Assembly (NCBI GenBank): GCA_966211795.1
Contig: CBIHNW010000025.1
Span: forward strand, 3,787 to 67,786
Length of the DNA: 64,000 nt
Origin: an uncultured Bdellovibrio sp.
GTDB lineage: Bacteria; Bdellovibrionota; Bdellovibrionia; Bdellovibrionales; Bdellovibrionaceae
Reading direction: 5' to 3'
Shown here in pieces: positions 35,461 through 45,221 of this stretch (the stretch's first letter is position 1; each line of letters starts with the position of its first letter). The notes under the pieces were generated by a model, which saw only the letters and a list, made by a program, of their open reading frames with translations, was not told the DNA's origin and did no database searches. The position numbers and the translations under genes are program-made.

Positions 35461-35790
35461 ATGAAGTTTTGCTGTGATCTCGCGTAGGTCTCGCTCCGCA
35501 ACTGAAGCTTTACGCTGAAATCTTACGGGGATTTCTCCATAGCTGAACTTTATTTCTGCATCGTGGAACCGCTGCGCAAATGAAGCTCAGTGCCAGGCGG
35601 CTTCGATCTTTGCGATTGTCACGAAGCTTCGCGGCTGCATTTGAATTCCGCTGCGGACATGAAGCTTTGCACCGCCAGCGGCGGACGTGAATTTTGCGTT
35701 CGCATCAAGCTAGGCCCGCGCTGCACGCGAAGGCTTGCAGCCGTGTCTTGAGTGGCTTCTGCTGCGTGCGTGAAGCTCCGCGGAATTTTC
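35461..35790. repeat. degenerate tandem array of the TGAAGCTTTGCGC-type motif (copy 2, about 10 units)
   Basis: Motif hits at about 35462, 35503, 35544, 35581, 35622, 35642, 35660, 35688, 35705, 35728 and 35771, at 18-42 bp spacing. Confidence 0.7.
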
Positions 35791-35801
35791 GAGGTCATAG
35801 A

Positions 35802-36045
35802 TATTTTATTTGACAGCCATTCGGGGCGAGATCGCCTGATGTGAATTGGTTTTTCATGTTTTCTCTGTGATGCCCTTCATTCGCTCGCATTGGCTCTCTG
35901 TTGAGAGTGGCAATTTTGATTCGAGGCCCGTCGTAAATTTTTAAACTCGGAGTAGCAGCCAGACAGGCAGAGACCACGAATTCCGATTTAAAACTCGTGA
36001 TAAGGTCTCCGTGATATCACGATTTATTTTAAAGGAGATCTGCAA
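35802..36045 (+). other. conserved non-coding leader of HNH module 2
   Basis: Colinear conserved blocks with 13411-13658. It ends in AAGGAG plus 7 nt plus ATG. Confidence 0.55.
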
Positions 36046-37119
36046 ATGAAGACTGAGATGAACAAAGCGATGAACATTAAAAATTTGAACGACACTCTTC
36101 TCGTGCAAAAAACTGAAGTCTTGGTGAAAGAAGAGCGTGAAGTGCTGACGAAGCTTTTGCATTATTTCCGGGAGATTGAACGACGCCGCCTTTATTGCGA
36201 TTACAAGTACAAATCACTTCGCGAAATGCTGGTGAAACATTTTGGATATTCGGATCATGAGGCCTACCGAAGAATCTCTGCCATGTGGCTTTTAATAGAT
36301 GTTCCAGAGATGGAAGAAAAAATCACGAATGGTGCATTATCTTTAACTCACCTAAGCCTTGCACAGTCTTTCTTTCGAAATGAAGCAAAGATTCATCATG
36401 TTTCAATATCAAAAGAAGATAAGCTTGAGCTTCTCGCTGAGATTAGCGAGCAAACAATCCGCGAGGCGCAGAGAATTATGCTCTCGCAGTCTTCGGCTCC
36501 AGAGGAACTGCGGCCTGACAAGATGAGCGTCATCAGTGAGCAGAAAATAGAAATCCGGTTCGCCGCGAATAAATCATTGGAAGAAAAAATCTCGGAAGTG
36601 AAAGGCTTGCTAGCCCACAAGCATCCGAATCTATCATTGGGAGAATTGCTCGAGGTGCTTTGCGATCTTTCGATCAAAACCTTGAAGAAAGCAAAGACCG
36701 AGACCTTGTCGAAACAAAAGTCCGCGGCGCAAAGGAAAGGCCGCGTCACCAAAGTGCGAATGGATGATTCTCAAAAGCTTGAATCGCAGTCGAGCGTGAA
36801 CACAGATATTCATGATTCACGATCAGCGAAGCCAGACTTTCAAGCGCCACAAACAGCGACCACACCAAATATGGAGGACTCCGCCGAAAAGCTGAAACCC
36901 AAATCCCAAGCGCAAATCAGCCGCGAAGTTTGGCAGGAAAGCCAATACCAGTGCAGCAACTGCGGATCAAAGCGCGCGCTCGAGATCGATCACCTCAAGC
37001 CCAAAGCCAAAGGCGGCCTCAACACGAAAGAAAATCTTTGCGTCCTTTGCCGTGCCTGCAATCAGCGGGCGGCCATCAAAGAATTTGGGCAGCTCAAGAT
37101 GGATCTGTATTTGAATTAG
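36046..37119 (+). CDS. HNH endonuclease (DUF222-like N-domain plus HNH), copy 2
   Basis: By eye about 80% identical to copy 1 outside a variable linker. C-terminus CSNCGSKRALEIDHLKPKAKGGLNTKENLCVLCRACNQRA. Confidence 0.85.
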   Translation: MKTEMNKAMNIKNLNDTLLVQKTEVLVKEEREVLTKLLHYFREIERRRLYCDYKYKSLREMLVKHFGYSDHEAYRRISAMWLLIDVPEMEEKITNGALSLTHLSLAQSFFRNEAKIHHVSISKEDKLELLAEISEQTIREAQRIMLSQSSAPEELRPDKMSVISEQKIEIRFAANKSLEEKISEVKGLLAHKHPNLSLGELLEVLCDLSIKTLKKAKTETLSKQKSAAQRKGRVTKVRMDDSQKLESQSSVNTDIHDSRSAKPDFQAPQTATTPNMEDSAEKLKPKSQAQISREVWQESQYQCSNCGSKRALEIDHLKPKAKGGLNTKENLCVLCRACNQRAAIKEFGQLKMDLYLN

Positions 37120-37224
37120 ACGGGCTGACGAAGCCACGGTTGGGTTCGGCGGCCTTCCAGTGAAGTGGAAAGCCCTCTTGTGAATTGCAAACCCTTCCCG
37201 TCCGCCACATCGGGAGCCGCGGGA

Positions 37225-38418
37225 TTAAACGAAGATCTCCCTCGGTGGCGCGAATAGATTGTACGAGCTGGCCATCGAAGCGCCGTAGGCTCCAGCATCA
37301 GCCACCAGCAGCCAGTCGCCTTCTTGCACGCCTTTGAAGACGCGGTCTTTGCCGAGGAAATCTGAGGACTCGCAGACTGGGCCGACGACGTCGGCGGTGA
37401 ATTCTTCGCCGGCTTTCTTTTGCAAAGGCATGATGCGGTGGACAGCTTCGTACAGGGCCGGGCGAATCAGGTGGTGCATGCCCGAATTGCAGATCAGGAA
37501 ATTTTTGTCGGGCATTTTTTTGATATACTGCACCTGGGTGATCAGGACGCCACTGCGAGCGACCAGGAAGCGGCCGGGTTCAAGCTGAATTTGGGCCTCG
37601 AGACCCGCGAGCTCTTCTTTTAAAACTTGGCAATAATTTTCCATCCACTGCGCATCGGTCGAGGCATCCAGAGCGTAGTCAATACCAAGACCGCCGCCGA
37701 CATCAAAGGTCTGCATCGGAAAACCTTGGGCTTTCCAGGATTCGAAAACGCGGCGCTGGATTTGAATCGCCTCGCGCACGGCGGAAAATTCCATCAGCTG
37801 CGAGCCGATGTGGGAACTGACTCCCACCAATTGCAGGCTGGGATACTGTTTTAAAATTTCGAAAGCCAAAGCCAGCTGGGTTTCATCCATGCCGAATTTA
37901 TTTTCTTTGAATCCGGTCGAGATGTAGGGATGCGTTTTCGGATCGACGTTTGGATTGATGCGAAAAACGACCGAGACCTTTTTTCCCATTTGGTTCGACA
38001 CTTCGCCGATGCGCCGAAGTTCCGAAGCGCATTCGATGTTCAGCTGGCGGATGCCGGCCTTGAGACATTGCTGGATTTCGTCTTTGGTCTTAGCCACGCC
38101 CGAGAAAATAATTTGGTTGCCAAGAAAGCCAACTTCGAGCGCGCGGCGAAGCTCGCCACCGCTGACGATATCGACCCCGATATTTTGCGCCTTGAACAGT
38201 TTCAAAAGTTCGGGATGCGGATTGGCCTTCATGGCGTAATGCACGGAAAATCTTTGCGTCAACGCGCGGGCCACGTAAGACTGGAAAAGAAAAAGTCGGT
38301 CCTGCAAACCTTTTCGCGAATAGACATAGGCGGGCTCATCCCCGTCTTTCGCCAGATTTGAAAGACGCACACCATCGAGTTCCAATTCTCCATTTGAATT
38401 GTATTCCAGTTTTGACAC
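37225..38418 (-). CDS. lysA: diaminopimelate decarboxylase
   Basis: YAMKANPHPELL (PLP Lys), GGGLGIDY, CESSDFLGKD, GAYGASMASSYN. Confidence 0.9.
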   Translation of the reverse strand: MSKLEYNSNGELELDGVRLSNLAKDGDEPAYVYSRKGLQDRLFLFQSYVARALTQRFSVHYAMKANPHPELLKLFKAQNIGVDIVSGGELRRALEVGFLGNQIIFSGVAKTKDEIQQCLKAGIRQLNIECASELRRIGEVSNQMGKKVSVVFRINPNVDPKTHPYISTGFKENKFGMDETQLALAFEILKQYPSLQLVGVSSHIGSQLMEFSAVREAIQIQRRVFESWKAQGFPMQTFDVGGGLGIDYALDASTDAQWMENYCQVLKEELAGLEAQIQLEPGRFLVARSGVLITQVQYIKKMPDKNFLICNSGMHHLIRPALYEAVHRIMPLQKKAGEEFTADVVGPVCESSDFLGKDRVFKGVQEGDWLLVADAGAYGASMASSYNLFAPPREIFV

Positions 38419-38447
38419 GCGAAACCTTTTCTCCTAAATCTGAAGAG

Positions 38448-39173
38448 ATGACAAACGCAAACGCATCTTCGATCTCTTCAACAGTCTTCTCTTCCGTCTC
38501 GTCGACAGTATCTGCCTTTACCTTCGGCCACAGTCCCCTTGGACTGCCAATCCAAGCCTATCGCTTTTCCAATGGCGGCGCAAAAGTTCTGATTCTCGGC
38601 GGAGTGCACGGTGACGAAATCGAAGGCGTGATCGCAAGCCACGGTCTGCTGCGTGAGTTTTCACATTCATTTCCCTACAATCTCGACCTGGTGCTGGTCC
38701 CCACCTTCAATATCGAGGGCGTCTTGCACCGAACCCGCACCAACTCTCGCGGTGTCGACCTCAATCGCAATCTTCCCACCAAGGATTGGTCGCCCGAGGT
38801 GAAAACCCCGCGCTACCATCCGGGTCCGTTTGCCGGCAGCGAACCGGAAAATAAAGCATTAGCTCGGTTTATCGAAAGCGAAAGTCCCCAGTTTTTGCTG
38901 AGCCTGCATTCCTGGCATCCGGTCTTAAACGTCAATGGGGATTGCATGAGTGAGGCCGAATCACTGGCGCGCTGGACGGGCTACCGCATCGATGCCGATA
39001 TCGGCTACCCAACGCCGGGGTGTCTGGGAACTTTTGCGGGGCTTGAGCGCCAGTCGCCGACATTGACTTACGAAATCGAGCGCGGGCTTTCGGCCGAGAA
39101 AATTTTAGAGATCCATGTCCCCGCCATTTTGGAATGCCTGAAAGAAACGGAAAAAAGAGGAGCGCGACCATGA
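38448..39173 (+). CDS. M14-family zinc peptidase (MpaA / succinylglutamate-desuccinylase-like amidase)
   Basis: ILGGVHGDEIEG (HxxE Zn site), DLNRN, LSLHSW. The stop overlaps the dapD start (ATGA at 39170-39173). Confidence 0.7.
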   Translation: MTNANASSISSTVFSSVSSTVSAFTFGHSPLGLPIQAYRFSNGGAKVLILGGVHGDEIEGVIASHGLLREFSHSFPYNLDLVLVPTFNIEGVLHRTRTNSRGVDLNRNLPTKDWSPEVKTPRYHPGPFAGSEPENKALARFIESESPQFLLSLHSWHPVLNVNGDCMSEAESLARWTGYRIDADIGYPTPGCLGTFAGLERQSPTLTYEIERGLSAEKILEIHVPAILECLKETEKRGARP

Positions 39174-39994
39174 ACTCATCCCAAATCGATCAAATATTTT
39201 CGGATCTACAACAGGGCAAAAACATCGATGACCTGCACACCGAAGAGATCGCCGCCATCGAGCAAACCATTGCGGGACTGGATCAAGGAAAAATTCGCGT
39301 CTGCGAAAAGACGCCGGCCGGATACCAGACTCATCAATGGATCAAGAAAGCGATACTGCTTTACTTTCGTTTGAAAAAAATGGCTCCGGTTCGCGCTGGC
39401 GACCTTGAATTTTATGATAAAATTCCGCTCAAGACCTGGTCTCCCGAAATGAATGTCCGCGTGGTGCCGCATGCGTTGGCTCGCTACGGATCTTTTCTTG
39501 AGCCCGGCGTGATCTTGATGCCTTCGTTTGTGAATATCGGCGCACATGTCGGGAGTGGCACCATGGTCGACACCTGGGCCACGGTTGGAAGCTGCGCGCA
39601 GGTTGGAAAAAATGTGCACCTTTCAGGCGGCGTCGGCATCGGCGGAGTCTTGGAACCCGTGCAAGCGAATCCCGTCATCATCGAAGACAATTGCTTTCTT
39701 GGCAGTCGCTGCATCGTCGTTGAAGGCGTGATCGTCGAAGAGGGCGCGGTGCTCGGCGCGGGCGTCACGCTGACCGCTAGCACTAAAATTTTGGATGTGA
39801 CAGGATCCAGCGCACAGACCATGCAAGGCCGCGTACCAGCGGGCTCGGTCGTGATTCCGGGAACGCAAACGAAGAAATTTCCGGCGGGCGAGTTCGGCGT
39901 GCCATGCGCACTGATCATCGGCAAACGAAAACCCAGCACGGACTTGAAAACGTCATTGAATGAAGCCCTTCGCGATTATCAGGTCAGCGTTTAG
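39170..39994 (+). CDS. dapD: 2,3,4,5-tetrahydropyridine-2,6-dicarboxylate N-succinyltransferase
   Basis: A long match to the classical DapD core: GTMVDTWATVGSCAQVGKNVHLSGGVGIGGVLEPVQANPVIIEDNCFLGSR. Confidence 0.9.
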   Translation: MNSSQIDQIFSDLQQGKNIDDLHTEEIAAIEQTIAGLDQGKIRVCEKTPAGYQTHQWIKKAILLYFRLKKMAPVRAGDLEFYDKIPLKTWSPEMNVRVVPHALARYGSFLEPGVILMPSFVNIGAHVGSGTMVDTWATVGSCAQVGKNVHLSGGVGIGGVLEPVQANPVIIEDNCFLGSRCIVVEGVIVEEGAVLGAGVTLTASTKILDVTGSSAQTMQGRVPAGSVVIPGTQTKKFPAGEFGVPCALIIGKRKPSTDLKTSLNEALRDYQVSV

Positions 39995-40077
39995 GATTGG
40001 ATGGACGAGCGTCGGAAGAAACCCGGCGCTTCGTGTTTTGCGGTCGGCGAAAAGCAACCCGCGTTCAGCGTAAAGTT

Positions 40078-41898
40078 CTATTTCTTCTCGAGCCTCGTCC
40101 AATACTCGCGTTGGCCGGCGGCTTGCGCTTTAAAAAGATCAAGACCGCTGACGTAGGGCCGGCCATGCCGCAAAGCCCATTCGCGAGCCCGACTGTCTTC
40201 GCGGTAATTCAGATCCACCAAAATTTCAAAATTCACTTCGGGTGGAAAGTCATCTTCTGGACCGGCGGCCCACACCAACACCTGCACCGAAGCCGGCAAG
40301 CTTTGATCCGCGGATCGCGGCCGTCGCGTGCGGACTGAGACCGAAATGGCTTGCGGTAAAATTTCTTGAATGGCGCCCAGCGTGCCGCCACCTCCCCAGA
40401 TCAGAGCCGTCGCCCCCACGACGGGAACTTGGATGAGCCGACAGGCTTTTTCGATTTGCGCCCGCAGCCCCTTAAGATCCGTGTTATGGCCCGAGACCGT
40501 TTTGCTTGCGATCGACAAGGTGTTCACCGCCTGCAATCGCTGCGCTTCTGCCGACAACTGATCGCAGGCCTGAAATGCATCGCCTTTAAAAGGCGAGGTC
40601 ACGGCGGCGGCCGTCAATCCGAGTGAGATCAAAAATGGCAAGGCTTCTTTAAATTCAGTTTCTTCTAACAAAATCGGCCACACGGGTTGGTTTTTCGCAG
40701 CGAAGAATTCAGATTGCTCGATCATGGTGCGCGAATGATGGACCGGATTTCCGATCAAGGCCGCAAATGCCTGCGTTTTTTCCTGAGTGCTGAGCCATTC
40801 AAACAGCGTCGGCTGATCGGCGGCCGAGCCATCACTTTCCCGCCAGAAATTGATTTTCTGCCGTCCCTTCAAGTAAAGGCGAAGCCACATCCAGCGTCCG
40901 GCGACTCCCGCCGGCGATCGCGGCAAAACGCTTCGCTGCGATGGATTTTCGCTCTGCCACCTTAAAATTTCTTGGGCTTCCGCCAAGCTCTCGATCACGG
41001 GCGCGGCCTTGAGATGCTGTCCGGTAGACCCCGCTTTTTCCAGTCTTAACAAAAAGGCCGTCAGATTTTCTCCCGACAGTCTTTCATGACAAGACAAAAC
41101 CGAGATCTCGTTTGTTGGACAAGGACCCAGCTCTAGCGCCCAGTCGCTTTCCTGCGTTTGCGATAAATACCGAAGGTGATCCACGGACTTCTTCGGCAAG
41201 CGAAAGCTGAGCAGACGTTTCTCGTGTGGAACCTTTCGCCACAAAGTCGCATCCAAATCCAAGAGATCATCGCGAATTTCGTACAGAGCACAGCCAAATC
41301 GCTGGGCGCAAGTTTCGAATTTTCGCAGCTGCCACTCTTGCAAAGTGAGAATGCCCTGGGCCGCAAGCTCGATTGGTGATGCGGACCAAAGTTTTTCCTC
41401 GATCGGATGCGGCTGATCCAAGCCTTCTGGCAGCCAGTAGGCCTCGTCGGCCAGGGCCGAATAGATTTTCTGCCGCAGTTCGAATCGTTCCTTAAATTCT
41501 TGCAGCGGACTGACGCCCGCGTTCAATCGGGGTCGGTCCAAGAAAATGCGGCCGTGCTCGTCACTTTTGCGACGAAGCCAGATGACCTTGAGATCCTTGG
41601 ACTGGGCGCGGGACTGAGCCAGTTGAAATCCGCCCCCGACCGAAAGAACGTAGCTTGGATATGTCGCTTCGATCTCTCGAAAAACCTGTTGCTCGATTTC
41701 CCGAAACCTCGTCTCGCCGATCTCTGGGAAGAGCTTAATGATCGGGGTCTGCAAGCGCTTTTCAATCTCTTGATCGAGATCGAGAAAAGCAGTGGAGCTT
41801 GATTGCAAATAGGTTTTCAGTCTTAGCAGGAACTGGGATTTCCCCACGCCACGGTGGCCGATCACGATCCATTTCATCGACTCATTCTCCGACAGCAA
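40078..41898 (-). CDS. trifunctional shikimate kinase / type I 3-dehydroquinate dehydratase-like / shikimate dehydrogenase fusion
   Basis: N-terminus: P-loop GHRGVGKS plus LDLDQEIEKR (AroK). Middle: YEIRDD, LSFR, SCHE and LKAAP resemble the AroD ExRxD / His / Lys signatures. C-terminus: GNPVHHSRT, NTDLKG and WGGGGTLGA (AroE). Alternative start is the ATG at 41877. Confidence 0.8.
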   Translation of the reverse strand: MLSENESMKWIVIGHRGVGKSQFLLRLKTYLQSSSTAFLDLDQEIEKRLQTPIIKLFPEIGETRFREIEQQVFREIEATYPSYVLSVGGGFQLAQSRAQSKDLKVIWLRRKSDEHGRIFLDRPRLNAGVSPLQEFKERFELRQKIYSALADEAYWLPEGLDQPHPIEEKLWSASPIELAAQGILTLQEWQLRKFETCAQRFGCALYEIRDDLLDLDATLWRKVPHEKRLLSFRLPKKSVDHLRYLSQTQESDWALELGPCPTNEISVLSCHERLSGENLTAFLLRLEKAGSTGQHLKAAPVIESLAEAQEILRWQSENPSQRSVLPRSPAGVAGRWMWLRLYLKGRQKINFWRESDGSAADQPTLFEWLSTQEKTQAFAALIGNPVHHSRTMIEQSEFFAAKNQPVWPILLEETEFKEALPFLISLGLTAAAVTSPFKGDAFQACDQLSAEAQRLQAVNTLSIASKTVSGHNTDLKGLRAQIEKACRLIQVPVVGATALIWGGGGTLGAIQEILPQAISVSVRTRRPRSADQSLPASVQVLVWAAGPEDDFPPEVNFEILVDLNYREDSRAREWALRHGRPYVSGLDLFKAQAAGQREYWTRLEKK

Positions 41899-42970
41899 GT
41901 CTTTGGCAAAACTGAACCAGCTCGTCGATCTTCACATCATGAATGGGACAAAGTCCGGGACGCTGAATGAAAATAAATCGCAGGGCCCCTTGCTTCGACA
42001 TTTTTTTATCTTTCAAAAGATAATCGCGAACGTCGATTTTTTCCCGCTGAATGATTTGGACCAAATCCGCCCTCGACGGCAGAAGCTGCATCACCGGAGC
42101 CGACTCGAGCTTTTCCGCCTGAGTCTTCTTGAGCACGCCTTGATCTTTCGATAGCTCAAGCGCGGCGCGAATGCCGAAAGCCACCGCCCGCCCATGCGCG
42201 AGCCCCTGGGCGGCTTCCCATACGTGACCCAAGGTGTGACCCAAATTCAGCAAATGTCGGATCCCTTTTTTCTCGAGCGGGTCGCGTTTGACGATGCGGT
42301 ATTTGCCTTCAATCAATTGCGGCAGAAACTTCCAGGCGGTTTCATTGTTGAAGGATTTGATTTTGGAAAACTGCTCCCACAATTTCCCGCCGGTCAAAAG
42401 CGCCATTTTGATGGCCTCGCCAAAAGCTTCCTCGGCCCTTGCTGCCGGTTGCGCCAGCAAGATGGGCTTCACCAGTAATATTTTCCGCGCGGGATAAAAA
42501 GTGCCGATCTGATTTTTAAAGCCGCCGACATTCAAAGCGGTTTTCCCACCATGAGCGGAATCCATCGCCGAAAGCCAAGTGGTCGGTACGTGAACCAAAG
42601 GAAGACCGCGCTTCAGGATGCTAGCGACAAAGCCCGCAAAATCCCCGATGCTACCGCCTCCCAGACCCACAATCTGCACGCCCGACGCATTCATTTGGCT
42701 GTGAAGTTCAAGAATTTTTTCAAGGCGTGCGGGAAATTCCCGGAGATCTTTCAAGCTCTCGCCGCTTTCAAAGCCGATGCGAAAGGGAAAAGTCTCGATC
42801 CACTTTTTCACCTCACGCAATGAAGGCTCACCCGACTTTTCAAAATAAGAGTCATAAATTAAAAGACAAGGCCCACCAAAACTTTGCAGGCTTGGCCACT
42901 TGGTGAGAAATCGGATTTCACTCGCAGTCTTTTCTCTCGCAGTCGATTTCAAGCGGCATCCCCCGAGCAT
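41882..42970 (-). CDS. aroB: 3-dehydroquinate synthase
   Basis: GGGSIGDFAGFVA, VPTTWLSAMDSAHGGKTALN, LNLGHTLGH. An alternative TTG start at 42952 overlaps the upstream stop. Confidence 0.9.
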   Translation of the reverse strand: MLGGCRLKSTAREKTASEIRFLTKWPSLQSFGGPCLLIYDSYFEKSGEPSLREVKKWIETFPFRIGFESGESLKDLREFPARLEKILELHSQMNASGVQIVGLGGGSIGDFAGFVASILKRGLPLVHVPTTWLSAMDSAHGGKTALNVGGFKNQIGTFYPARKILLVKPILLAQPAARAEEAFGEAIKMALLTGGKLWEQFSKIKSFNNETAWKFLPQLIEGKYRIVKRDPLEKKGIRHLLNLGHTLGHVWEAAQGLAHGRAVAFGIRAALELSKDQGVLKKTQAEKLESAPVMQLLPSRADLVQIIQREKIDVRDYLLKDKKMSKQGALRFIFIQRPGLCPIHDVKIDELVQFCQRLAVGE

Positions 42971-44124
42971 CGAGGCTTTTCCGCGAAAAACTCGTTCAAA
43001 CGCAGGGATAATTTTTGGAGATCAGAATCGGACAACGTGATGGACATGCGCAGATGCAAAGGCATCCCGAAGGCTTCACCCGGCATGCAGGCGATCCCTT
43101 TCTTTTGCAAAAGGTCTTCCGCCACCTGCACCGAAGTGCGCGAGGCATCTTTCAAACGAATCCAGAGATAAAAAGCCCCTTGCGAAGTGTAGACTTGGAT
43201 GTGCGGAATCTGTTGCAGCTCGCGCGAGATCCATTGATGGCGATCCTTCATTTTCATTTTTAAATCTCGCACGAATTGATCACCAGACGCCAGCGCCTTC
43301 TCGGTCGCTTTTTGAATAAAGTCCGGAGTGCAGGTGAGACTTTGACTGAAAAACTGATTCAGTTTTCGAATGCATTCCGGATGCGCCGCAATCCATCCCA
43401 TGCGCCATCCCGTCATCGCATAGCTTTTTGAGACGCCGTGGACGATGATCAATCGCGCTTTTAATTCTTCATCCGCCACGTCCAGAAGACTGGGAGCGCG
43501 CGAAGCTTCATCAAAATTCAATTGATTGTAGATATCATCACAGATCACCATCACGTCGGGATGATCTTTCAAAACCTCTGCCAATGCCTGCAGTTCTGTT
43601 TTCGAATACACAGCGCCCGATGGATTGTTGGGCGAGTTCAGAATCAGCACGCGAGATTTTTCATTCAATCCGCGCTTTAAAACATCAGGGCTCAGTTTGT
43701 ATTCAGAATCCGGCGGCAAGATCCGAACGCTGGCACGCGCCATTTCTGCCAGCTGCTGATAGCTCACCCAATAGGGAGCCGGAATCAGGACCTCGTCACC
43801 CGCATCACACAGAATCTGCATCAAGGCATAAAGTCCGAATTTCGATCCGGGCGTGATCAGAATCTGTTCGGGGGTGTAGGTCGCCTGATAAACTTTTTGA
43901 AACCAGTTTGCCACCGCTTGCCGAGTGCTAAGAAGACCTTGCGCTGATCCGTACCGAGAGGTCTCTGTCATCACCTGATGGGCCAATGCTTGCTTAATCT
44001 CAAGATCGACATCACCATCAGGCTCGCCCACCGACGCCAAAATGATGTCTTCACCTTTCGCTTTGAGCTCTTGCGCTTTCAGCGTGGTGGTCATCGTTGG
44101 CGAGGCCGTTAAGTTTTGTGCCAT
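42949..44124 (-). CDS. class I/II pyridoxal-phosphate aminotransferase (aspartate/aromatic type)
   Basis: LNSPNNPSG and the SKSYAMTGWRMGW PLP-Lys motif. Alternative starts are GTG at 44139 (GTGA overlap with the aroC stop) or ATG at 44175. Confidence 0.85.
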   Translation of the reverse strand: MAQNLTASPTMTTTLKAQELKAKGEDIILASVGEPDGDVDLEIKQALAHQVMTETSRYGSAQGLLSTRQAVANWFQKVYQATYTPEQILITPGSKFGLYALMQILCDAGDEVLIPAPYWVSYQQLAEMARASVRILPPDSEYKLSPDVLKRGLNEKSRVLILNSPNNPSGAVYSKTELQALAEVLKDHPDVMVICDDIYNQLNFDEASRAPSLLDVADEELKARLIIVHGVSKSYAMTGWRMGWIAAHPECIRKLNQFFSQSLTCTPDFIQKATEKALASGDQFVRDLKMKMKDRHQWISRELQQIPHIQVYTSQGAFYLWIRLKDASRTSVQVAEDLLQKKGIACMPGEAFGMPLHLRMSITLSDSDLQKLSLRLNEFFAEKPRCSGDAA

Positions 44125-44135
44125 CTTCGAGAACT

Positions 44136-45191
44136 TCACACGCCCTCCGCGGCGATTCGATCTTGGCGCGCCCACAGGACGTGATCCGCCATCACCATCC
44201 AGGCCATTGATTCAAGAACCGGAATGGCACGAATGACGATGCAGGGGTCATGTCGACCCTTTTTCGCCGCATCCAAAACGGTGGATGTGGGTTTAAAAAA
44301 CACGCGAAATAAAATGGGCTCGCCCGAGCTGATGCCGCCGCGGATGCCGCCGTAATGTCGCTGGTCTTGCTGGCGATGAAACTGCGAACCTTCAGCTTCA
44401 GTCACGTCGCGACCATCACCCAATTCGACCCCGGCCGTCGCGCCGACACTCATAAATGCCGAGGCCATGTCCGCTTTTAATTTGTGAAATACGGGTTGGC
44501 CTAAGCCCGGGAACGGATTGGAAATGAAAACTTCGACTTCGCCGCCATAGCTGCGACCTTCCGTTTTTGCTTTCAATAAAAGGTCTTCGATCAAAATATT
44601 TTTTTCGGCATTCGGCATGCGCGAAGAAAACTGATCCACCCGCAATTGGCCGCTGCCGAGATCAGATTCGATTTTCAAGATCTCTTGATCATTCAAGGCG
44701 TGCGAAGCGATGCGGGTCGCAAACGCAAAAACCTGCATCTGCGGGCAAAGCTCTTTCAAAATCATCTGTGCAACTGCGCCGCCGATCACGCGCGACAATG
44801 TTTCCCGTCCCGACGACCGACCACCGCCGCGATGATCGGAATGCCCAAACTTGAGCCGCCACAGATCATCGGCATGCCCCGGACGGGGTTGAAAGGCGAT
44901 TTCTTTGTAATCTTCCGAACGGGTGTCTTTGTTGCGAACGATGATCGCAATTGGTGTCCCGAGCGTTTTTCCCTCGAAAACCCCGCTTAATACTTCGGGT
45001 CGGTCTTCTTCATTTCGAGGCGAGACGATCGAATTCTGACCAGGTCGTCGGCGCGCCAACTCTTTTTCCAAAAGGTCCATATCAAAGGGCACACCGGCCG
45101 GGCAGCCTTCGATGATGGCACCTAAGGCCACCCCGTGGCTTTCGCCAAAACTGGTGATTTGAAATCGGCTGCCGAAAGTATTTGCTGACAC
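44136..45191 (-). CDS. aroC: chorismate synthase
   Basis: TSFGESHG, GGGRSSGRETLSRV, RHDPCIV. Confidence 0.9.
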   Translation of the reverse strand: MSANTFGSRFQITSFGESHGVALGAIIEGCPAGVPFDMDLLEKELARRRPGQNSIVSPRNEEDRPEVLSGVFEGKTLGTPIAIIVRNKDTRSEDYKEIAFQPRPGHADDLWRLKFGHSDHRGGGRSSGRETLSRVIGGAVAQMILKELCPQMQVFAFATRIASHALNDQEILKIESDLGSGQLRVDQFSSRMPNAEKNILIEDLLLKAKTEGRSYGGEVEVFISNPFPGLGQPVFHKLKADMASAFMSVGATAGVELGDGRDVTEAEGSQFHRQQDQRHYGGIRGGISSGEPILFRVFFKPTSTVLDAAKKGRHDPCIVIRAIPVLESMAWMVMADHVLWARQDRIAAEGV

Positions 45192-45221
45192 TTGATGCCT
45201 CTCTCTTGTTGAACGACCGCT

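Noticed and set aside
35461-35790. Possible CRISPR array (regularly recurring motif in a non-coding tract)
   Set aside because: The units are degenerate rather than near-identical, spacing varies from 18 to 42 bp, there is no clear repeat/spacer alternation, and there are no cas genes in the window.
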